A program made the translations under genes and the position numbers. The notes below the pieces were generated by a model, which worked only from the letters and a program-made list of their open reading frames with translations, did not search any database and had not been told where the DNA came from. From assembly GCA_023231475.1 (NCBI GenBank), contig JALJEE010001028.1, positions 1 to 45,703 on the forward strand: DNA of 45,703 nucleotides, written 5' to 3'. Source of the DNA: Seison nebaliae (lineage: Eukaryota). Numbering within the stretch: the first letter of the stretch is position 1; each line of letters opens with the position of its first letter. Shown in pieces: positions 37,553 through 45,703 of this stretch.

Positions 37553-40430
37553 ATGGAAAATTGGAGTCTCATAAAATTTTCGCCGAAATTTTTTTAAAAT
37601 TAATAAAATTTCTTATTAAAAAGAAATTTATTCGTTTCGATAATTTAGCTCGTGAGTATTAAAGTATTTATCACATGACGAGAGATATGTTCTTTTGAAG
37701 ACTATCGTTAATGAGAGAATGAAGAAATGTGGAGAACTTCATTCCGTTTTATTTGATTATTGTCGGGAGAATAAATATTTTAAGAATTTCGATTTACTTC
37801 TCCTCCGAATTCTTACAAATGGAATCAGTCAAGAGAAAGTAAAATTTTTTTATTCGTCATAAATCATTTCCTTATTCGATTAGTTCGATAATAATCCTTT
37901 TAAAGGTCTCTGGTCTTTGTTGACGGTTTTGATTCAGACTGGAAATAATGTGGATTTAAACTTAATTACAATGTTGAATTCCATCGTGGATTATGAAGAT
38001 CGTTGTCGAAAATTCATTCAATTATCATTAGGAGATAATCGTTTGGATAAACAAATTCGATTTCTTTCTTCTCAAACTTCGTGGCTCCAGGAACATTATC
38101 GTCGTTGGGAATTTCCTTCTTTTTTCTCAAATCATAATTAATTTTCAGATAATTCTTTCATGATTGATGAAACATGTCAGAAGATGATCATCCAATTATC
38201 TTCCACTATGAATCGACAGGAGATTCGTGAGAGATATCGTTATCAATTTTCCTCCAAACGGATTTCTGACGACCTAAATGAGAAGGAAATAAATGAAGAG
38301 AATGACGATGATTTGATGACATTCGAAAGTGAATTAGATAATTTACTCGACGAATATGACGAGAAAGAGGAGGTAAATCCGGAACCGTTTTTATTGCAGA
38401 ATGATGGAATTTTTACTATTGAGAAGAATTGTCAGAAGGAAATGGACAAATTGAATGACATTGCAAAATTGAATTTAACTCGTCGAATATTACTCTTGTA
38501 TGGACATTTAGAGAAAGAGGCATTACAAGCATCACGTATGGAAGTTGATATTCAAAACGAAAATTTACTTGTTCTCCAACAACTGATTGAATTGATTCAA
38601 TCGATAAAGAATCGATTATCGATACAAAAAAATTTAAGATTCATTTTTGAAAATTTCTTATTAAACCGAGAAACTTTCCTTCAACATTCAAATTTCAACA
38701 ATTCACAAATGACATTGAATCAATCTGGTGATGAAAGAGAACCAGATTCGTTCCATTCGACGCCACTCTTTTCTACTTCTTCACCAACAAGTCTTCCTAG
38801 TTTAACAAGTGAATCAGCGTCAACGATGACGATGGAGAAAGTGAAAGAATTTAATCGATTAAGTTGTCATCGAGAGAAATCATCGATATTGATAAATTCG
38901 ATGATGGATTTAATTCCATCATTCTCCCAGACATTCCATATCATTAATCATCATTATAATAATTATGTGAATAATGGAGATATCTCCTATCAAGAATCGA
39001 TGGGATTATTTGGAGTTGAAAAGAAGATTAATTTACAGATAAAAAACCATCGACAATTCCCCAAATTTCTTCATCGATTAATGAATAATAATCATTTATT
39101 TTCCATTAACCAATTCCTTATTAATCTTCTCAATCATCATTATTCTTATATGAATGAGGACAGTAATGATTCCTTCTTAATTCATGATAATTATTTAAAT
39201 GAGAATGATGAAAATAATTCCAAAATTTCTCCATTTACTACCAAACCCAAATCATTTCGAACTTTTTCAAATTCATCTGATAATTTATCTTCATCAATTT
39301 CATCAACATCTTCTTCTTCATCATCATCATCATCATCATTAATGTCGTCCATGTTAATTATGAGAAAAGAAACGATGAGTACTTATTATGAGAGAGTAGA
39401 CAAGAGTAATATCAGAGGAACACCATATTGGGCACCACCCAGAAAACAATTAATTCTCTACACTCCCCTTACCGATCTTTCGCCAAATGAATCGATGAAT
39501 GAAATATTGAAACAACAACGAATGTTATGTGCCGGTTGTGGTCGTCAATTTTATGAAACGATAACAAATAAATTATATTTCTGTTCTTATCTTCGCAAAT
39601 ATTTCTGTGGTTGTTGCAGTTCGTTCAATGTCAAAAGAATTCAATCAACTTTAAAAGAGAATATTATTCGGATTTATCAATCATCCAACTGTAAATTAGC
39701 GAGTGTTCGATTGAAGAGATTATTGGAGAATGTGGAGAATAATTGGAAATTAAAACAAATGTTTTATGCGAGTGAAGACCAATTATCAATGCCATTACCA
39801 GCACAAATATTGACGGGATGGAATTGGACACCACAAAACATTTCACTTCATGCATTCTATTCATTGATGTCATTAGGACGTCGTGAAGCCATCGAAATAT
39901 CAGACGACCTTATACGTCGATATCATATTTCTACTATTCCCAAAATCAATCAATATCGGAAGAAACTCCATCACATTTCACGATATATTCTCACCTGTAC
40001 AGAAACCGAAAGTTCTATGACATTGACCAATTCATCCGACATTATTTCACCACGCAAATATTTACAATCGATTCCCGAAAGATTTTATTCGGATGATAAT
40101 ATTTTTACTTATTTCGATTTGATTCTCACCAAAAGTCGATTACTCGTCCAATTGTTGGAAGATGTTTATCGTTGCTGCGAACAACATGTCCTCAAATCAT
40201 CATGTCATCTCTGTATTAATCGTGGTCACATTTGTGAGATTTGTGACAAGAGAAAAATTGGTTTAACATTCAGTCGTTTTCGGAAATATCCAGAAACCAT
40301 AATTTATCCGTTTCATACGGAAAAAGTGTCACAATGTCTCCATTGTGCATCATTTTTCCATAAGAATTGCTTAGACAGGAATCCATGTCCATCTTGTCAA
40401 CGTAAATTCCCACTAAATAAACCCAAATAA
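37553..40430 (+). CDS. RUBCN: Rubicon-like autophagy regulator (RUN domain plus Rubicon-homology Zn domain)
   Basis: RUN-like RILTNG...LWSLL...RKFIQLSL..NRL...LQEHY..NSF; RH domain RGTPYWAPPRKQLI, QQRMLCAGCG, FCSYLRKYFCGCC, HV..SCHLC.NRGHICEIC, IYPF, C.HC...FHK.C....CPSC. The start codon and first exon are uncertain. Confidence 0.85.
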
Positions 40431-40511
40431 CTCCAATTACCAGTCTTCCGTTTTTTTTTCCATTAGTTTCTCTCTTTTTCTCCAAATAAATGAGTGCACA
40501 TCATTTGCACA

Positions 40512-40525
40512 GTTACCATAGCAAT
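40512..40525 (+). promoter_or_regulatory. RFX X-box
   Basis: GTTACCATAGCAAT, one mismatch to GTTNCCATRGNAAC; intergenic, ~410 bp upstream of the Ly6 gene. Confidence 0.5.
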
Positions 40526-40933
40526 GAACGATATTAACTATTCTATTCCTAATAACTTACCTTAATCAGATATTCTGCGTCAGCTGTTATTGATGAGAAT
40601 GTTTATTCTCTTTCTTTTCTTTTTGCCCTCCAATTCCCTCTCTACCATCGAATTTCCATTAGGGAGAATGATGAACATTTATTCAGATGTCACATGAAAA
40701 GAAAAAAAAATATTATTTGATATCAAACCAAATTATAAGACATTAACGAAAATATTATTTCATCACATAAAATCAACTATAAATCCTGCATCATATTCCA
40801 TAATATTTGTGCATATTTATTTGTCTGTCTAATATTCTCTGTTTCATTCAGTTTTCATACATGAATTCGTACCAACCACAGCTTATAGTAGAAATTTCTT
40901 TCAATTCAATCGTATTGACCATTTGAATGAAAA

Positions 40934-41403
40934 ATGATAAATAACTCCCAATACTTCACCCATAAACTACTTCTATTCCATTTATTATTTCAGTGTATAT
41001 ATAAGGTCATTTCTATCGAACGGGATGTTAATCGGAAAATCGAATGTTTCGATTGTTATTATCATCTGAGTCGATATAAACAAACATCTCATTATCAATG
41101 TGCAGAAAAAACGACTATTTGTCGATATGGTTGCCAAGTTTAGTTTCTCATGTTACACTTATCATTCAATCTAATTTCCTGAAGAGAAGTGTCACAGCCA
41201 CAAACGATATGAGATCGTTCAATAAACAGATAGTGGGAATGACATGTATGCAATCATATATCTGTCCCAGAGAAGAATTTTCGAGCCAATCTCGTACTAA
41301 ATATGAATGTTGTTACGAAGATAAATGTAATTCTTCCATAATCCTAAATTTCAGTCTTTGTAAAATTTTTCTAATTTATTTATCACGATATTTTCTTTTC
41401 TAA
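40934..41403 (+). CDS. Ly6/uPAR three-finger protein, probably GPI-anchored
   Basis: Intron 41138-41184 joins two ORFs. Signal peptide, ECFDC, 10 cysteines ending CCYEDKCN, then a hydrophobic tail. Confidence 0.85.
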
Positions 41404-41834
41404 TATATTTCCGATTTACTTAAATAAATTTTACTTTTTCTTATCACCAAAATCATCCTTCGATTTCTCAACTCTAAAATTTCAATTATTTCATTAATTT
41501 CAATTATGTTTTTTTTGTTTGTTTGGTACGTATGTTTTTAATTGTAAAGGTAAACAATTTATAAAAGTTTTTTGAGTTATCGAAAGTTTAATAAAAAACT
41601 AAACAAATTTGAAGGAAATTTAAGGAAATTTTCTTATTATCGACGATGGTGAACTTGGACTGGTGTTTGAAGAATGAGCCTTTGACGATATTATAATGAT
41701 TTGTTTCTTACATCCTAATCAATTCATCGAGAAATGACATTAATTTCTTGTTTTTTTAGATTCAATAAAATAATGAATTATTCATCATTTACATTATATT
41801 TTACGTAAAATTTTAAAGAAGAAATAGAAAGAAA

Positions 41835-43358
41835 ATGAATGAAGATGAAGAAAATTTGATGGAAGTGATCGATGGGGATGAGAATGATGATGGAAATAAT
41901 GTGGAAATAAATGGAAGTGAAGAAATGTCTTTCGGTTTGTTTCAATGGATTGTACTCGCTGTTTGTGGTTGTATAAATGCTTGTGATGCAGTAGAAATAA
42001 TTTCAATTTCATATATTCTTCCCGTGATCGAATGTGATCTCAATTTCGATCCGAAAGCGAAAGCTTATTCCCTAACACTTCTCTTCATCGGTATGATGAT
42101 TGGAGGATTTGTTTGGGGATTATTGGCTGATATTTTTGGTAGGAAACGAATGTTAATGTCAACGTTAGTGGTGAATGCATTCTTTACTCTCATTTCCGCT
42201 TTTCCAACCACTTATACGGTTTTCTGTCTATTACGGTTTTGTGCCGGTATGGGAATTGGAGGGAACATTCCGATAATTTGGGGATATTTCACCGAATTCC
42301 TCCCAACTAAACAACGAGCGAAAATGCTTTGTCTTTTAGCTTGTTTTTGGTATGTGGGCGCTTTATATGTGGCTTGTGCTGCTCGACTCATTTTAGCACA
42401 TTCGATCCACATAAGCTTTATGGCGAATTGGCGATTTTTCATGTTGATTTGTTCAGTCCCATCATTTCTTGCCATCATCACTTTCTTTCCTTTACCCGAG
42501 AGTGGAATGTTCATATCGAAACAATCTTCAGATGAAACTTATAAAATTAAACTAAGTCAACAAATAAAGAAATTCAACGAATCGAATTCTTTCAAACGAA
42601 AATTTATCATTTATCGTCAAATGTCGAAATTGGAAGATTATACTCAAATCATACCAAAATCTATTATTTATCAGAAATTGAATTTGAAGAATGTCATCAA
42701 TCAAATTATCCAATTATTCTCCAAAACTTACAGGAAAAGTCTCGTTTTAATTGTCATCGTTTCGTGGACGATCTCGTTCGCTTTCTACGGACTTTGGATG
42801 TGGTTACCACATTTATTCCGAAGAATGGAATTGAATGGAGGCCATATATGTGCACCATTATCCAATTCATCTTCTAACATGACTGATCATAAAATACGGT
42901 GCCAAATTGATGACGCAGAAATTCGAGACACATTGTTAAGTGTTTTGGGTGGAATTCCAGGAAATGTTTTCGCCTTCGTTTTTGTCAATCGAATAGATCG
43001 ACGTAAATTTCTCATGTTCTCCTTTTTCATTACAACCGTCATCATTTCACTCCTTCCTTTCATTCATGCATCCATTCAGGGTGTCATTATCATGAACATA
43101 TTCTCCACAATTGCCGCCATCATTTTCAATGTGTTGGCGACTGTTCAAACAGAATTATTTCCTACTCAATTACGTACAACAGCGATCGGATTCATCATGA
43201 TCTTCCTTAGATTATCATCCATCGTCAGTAATTTAGTCTTCTCACTCTTCATCGAATCACATTGTTCACTTTCCATTCTTTCCATCAGTGGCACATGTGT
43301 CGTCGCAATACTCGCCTCTTATCTTCTTCCGGAAACGAGGAACAAAATCTTAATTTAA
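41835..43358 (+). CDS. SV2/SVOP-family MFS transporter, copy 1 (intronless)
   Basis: FGLFQW, DAVEI..ISYILP, GMMIGGFVWGLLADIFGRK, YFTEFLP..QR, WRFF, LPES, ELFPTQLR, LPET. Confidence 0.92.
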   Translation: MNEDEENLMEVIDGDENDDGNNVEINGSEEMSFGLFQWIVLAVCGCINACDAVEIISISYILPVIECDLNFDPKAKAYSLTLLFIGMMIGGFVWGLLADIFGRKRMLMSTLVVNAFFTLISAFPTTYTVFCLLRFCAGMGIGGNIPIIWGYFTEFLPTKQRAKMLCLLACFWYVGALYVACAARLILAHSIHISFMANWRFFMLICSVPSFLAIITFFPLPESGMFISKQSSDETYKIKLSQQIKKFNESNSFKRKFIIYRQMSKLEDYTQIIPKSIIYQKLNLKNVINQIIQLFSKTYRKSLVLIVIVSWTISFAFYGLWMWLPHLFRRMELNGGHICAPLSNSSSNMTDHKIRCQIDDAEIRDTLLSVLGGIPGNVFAFVFVNRIDRRKFLMFSFFITTVIISLLPFIHASIQGVIIMNIFSTIAAIIFNVLATVQTELFPTQLRTTAIGFIMIFLRLSSIVSNLVFSLFIESHCSLSILSISGTCVVAILASYLLPETRNKILI

Positions 43359-43532
43359 TTTCCAAAAGTTTCATTTTTTAAGTCCTAATTCTAAATTTAA
43401 AATTTTATTGAAAAAACTGTGTATTATATTTTTCATTATTTAAACTCGTCCAAATCTCTATGATAATTACATAAATGAAATTAATAATTTAATTAATTAA
43501 TCAGAAATTTGAAGTTCTCATGAAAAATGATA

Positions 43533-43564
<32 letters not shown>

Positions 43565-43814
43565 ATTTATTGAAATTCCCGACGGGATAAATTGAAGTTA
43601 TGACGAGGAATATATTTTGAAAATTTTAAAGAAGCAATAAAAAATAGAAAATGAATACCGTTATTTCACAGAGTTCGATGAGTGAAATTTGTAAATTTTT
43701 TGTTATAAAAATCAATAAAGAATAATTTAATATCTTCTGAATTAAGTCATCGATGAATTATTCATGAAATTGATGTCTATTGTGCAGAAGTTTAAGTAGA
43801 CATGATGTTTAAAA

Positions 43815-45344
43815 ATGAAACAGAAACATGAAATATTTCTGGAGTTGATGGATAATAAGATAAAGAATGAGTATGAAGAAGATGAGATCAGAGAAATTGA
43901 AAACGAAGAAATATCTTTCGGTTTATTTCAATGGCTCTTACTCATCGCTTCAGGAATGGTCAATGCTAGTGATGCAATTGAATTGATATCGATCTCATAT
44001 ATTCTGCCAATTATCCAATGTGACTTCAATTTCCAACCAAGAGAGAAAGCATATTCAGTAACATATCTCTTCATTGGTATGATGATCGGAGGTTTAACAT
44101 GGGGACTTCTATCCGACATTTATGGAAGAAGACGTATGTTAATCTTATCTTTAATTTTGAATGCAATTTTCGCACTACTTTCAGCATTCCCTTTAACATA
44201 TTTCACTTTTTGTATTTTCCGTTTCTTTTGCGGTATCGGAATTGGAGGAAATATTCCAATTATTTGGACTTACTACGCCGAATTTCTTCCCGTCAAACAT
44301 CGAGTCAACATGCTCAGTGGCTTGGCTTCAATTTGGTTTATTGGAGCAGGTTATGTGGCAGGAATGGCTCGATTGATTTTGAGTAATTCTATCCAAATAA
44401 GTTTCATAAAAAATTGGAGATTTTTTATGTTTGTTTGTTCCATTCCCTCGTTCTTAACAATAATCATTTTTCTTGTTTTACCTGAAAGTGGAATTTTCGT
44501 AACAAAACGATATTCTGATAAAAGTTATGAAACAGAATTAATTCTGCGAATAAAAGAATTTAATGAGTCTCTTACTTTCCAAGGAAAACTTGTTGCTTAT
44601 CATCAAATATTAAAATTGAAAGAATTTAACACCAAAATTAATAAATCAATTCAATATCCATCATTGAATTTAAATATGATTATTGGACAAGTGGTACGAT
44701 TATTTTCAAAAGTTTACCGAAAAAATGTGATTTGTGTTATTATGATTTTATGGGCTGCATCTTTCGCGTTTTATGGACTCTGGATGTGGTTACCACAACT
44801 CTTTCGGAAAATGGAATTGAATAACGGTCATGTATGTCCTTCAATACAAACTAATTCGTCGATGGTTAAATATATGAGAATACCTTGTCAAATTGATGAA
44901 GAAGAAATAACAGACACAATTTACAGTGTCTTCGGTGGTATACCGGGTAATATAATTTCTTGTTTTTTTGTCAACCGATTCGATCGTCGTCAATTATTAA
45001 TTTATTCATTTATTATAACATCTATTTCCACTACATTATTTCCATTCGTTTACTCATCAACACAAGGTGTTCTCATCATGTTCATTTTCTCAACCACAGT
45101 TGCCACTATCTATAATACAGTGGCCAGTGTTCAAACCGAATTATTCCCCACTGATCTACGTTCAACTGTTATCGGAATATTCAATGTATTTATTAGAGTG
45201 TCATCTATTATCAGTAATGTCCTTTTCGCTTTATTCATTGAATCATATTGTACTCTTACTATTTTAACAATAAGTTTTATGTGCACTGTTGCGATAGTCA
45301 CCTCATATCTACTACCAGAAACAAAGAACAAAATTTTAACTTAA
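43815..45344 (+). CDS. SV2/SVOP-family MFS transporter, copy 2 (intronless tandem paralogue)
   Basis: Same motifs as copy 1 and colinear with it along the whole length. Confidence 0.92.
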   Translation: MKQKHEIFLELMDNKIKNEYEEDEIREIENEEISFGLFQWLLLIASGMVNASDAIELISISYILPIIQCDFNFQPREKAYSVTYLFIGMMIGGLTWGLLSDIYGRRRMLILSLILNAIFALLSAFPLTYFTFCIFRFFCGIGIGGNIPIIWTYYAEFLPVKHRVNMLSGLASIWFIGAGYVAGMARLILSNSIQISFIKNWRFFMFVCSIPSFLTIIIFLVLPESGIFVTKRYSDKSYETELILRIKEFNESLTFQGKLVAYHQILKLKEFNTKINKSIQYPSLNLNMIIGQVVRLFSKVYRKNVICVIMILWAASFAFYGLWMWLPQLFRKMELNNGHVCPSIQTNSSMVKYMRIPCQIDEEEITDTIYSVFGGIPGNIISCFFVNRFDRRQLLIYSFIITSISTTLFPFVYSSTQGVLIMFIFSTTVATIYNTVASVQTELFPTDLRSTVIGIFNVFIRVSSIISNVLFALFIESYCTLTILTISFMCTVAIVTSYLLPETKNKILT

Positions 45345-45703
45345 TTCATGAATAAAATATTTTGTTAAAGGAAATACAAATATGCTGAAAAAAATTACTG
45401 AAATTTTTTTGTATCATTATTATCATTTATCAGTTCTTAATTTTAATGACTATAATGATGAAGATTTTGTTTGTTAAAAAACGATTAATTTAGGTTCAAG
45501 ATCTATTTTGAAGTCAATAAATGATAATTGATAATTAAGAATTATCCTTCAATATATGTCATATATTTTATTTTTATTTTTTATTTATTATAAAATCAAA
45601 TCCCCTCGGGGTAAATTAAAAAGAAAATAAGATAACTGGCTGTACAGTGTACAGCCAATCTTGTTCGTAATGTGTACAGTGTACACATTATCATTAATAA
45701 GTT

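Noticed and set aside
40555..40590. Minus-strand CAG|23 nt|GTAAGT microexon candidate
   Set aside because: No partner exons were found, and such a site is expected occasionally by chance in AT-rich DNA.
1..45703. Alternative genetic code or stop readthrough to explain fragmented ORFs
   Set aside because: Short GT-AG introns account for the breaks in the conserved genes, and intronless genes translate normally with the standard code.

Overview
This is AT-rich, gene-dense eukaryotic (animal) DNA, not prokaryotic. The taxon cannot be fixed from sequence alone; a compact-genome invertebrate such as a Seison-like syndermatan is only a guess. Manual splicing of the ORF fragments gives about 15 genes: the 3' part of an ABCG half-transporter; a minus-strand run of LIN54/tesmin-like, PDCD5, TIMM29, PAF1 and an unknown coiled-coil gene; a secreted C-type-lectin-like gene with a degenerate duplicate; a multi-EF-hand, probably ciliary gene; SPARC; a ~12 kb PDE10A; an orphan gene; Rubicon; a Ly6/uPAR gene; and two tandem intronless SV2-like MFS transporters. 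There is also a foldback/MULE-like element with an apparent 9-bp TSD. The strongest unexplained signal is the splicing grammar. By hand count, 56 of 59 modelled introns start GTT rather than GTR, with no +4..+6 AGT consensus. About a third end in AAG, and most are ~44-52 nt, which points to a rewired 5' splice-site recognition system. Secondary signals are a candidate polycistronic (SL trans-spliced) cluster, a LIN54 with a very long C-terminal extension and a CDE/CHR-like site in its own promoter, and RFX X-boxes. All gene models are manual and lack transcript support.
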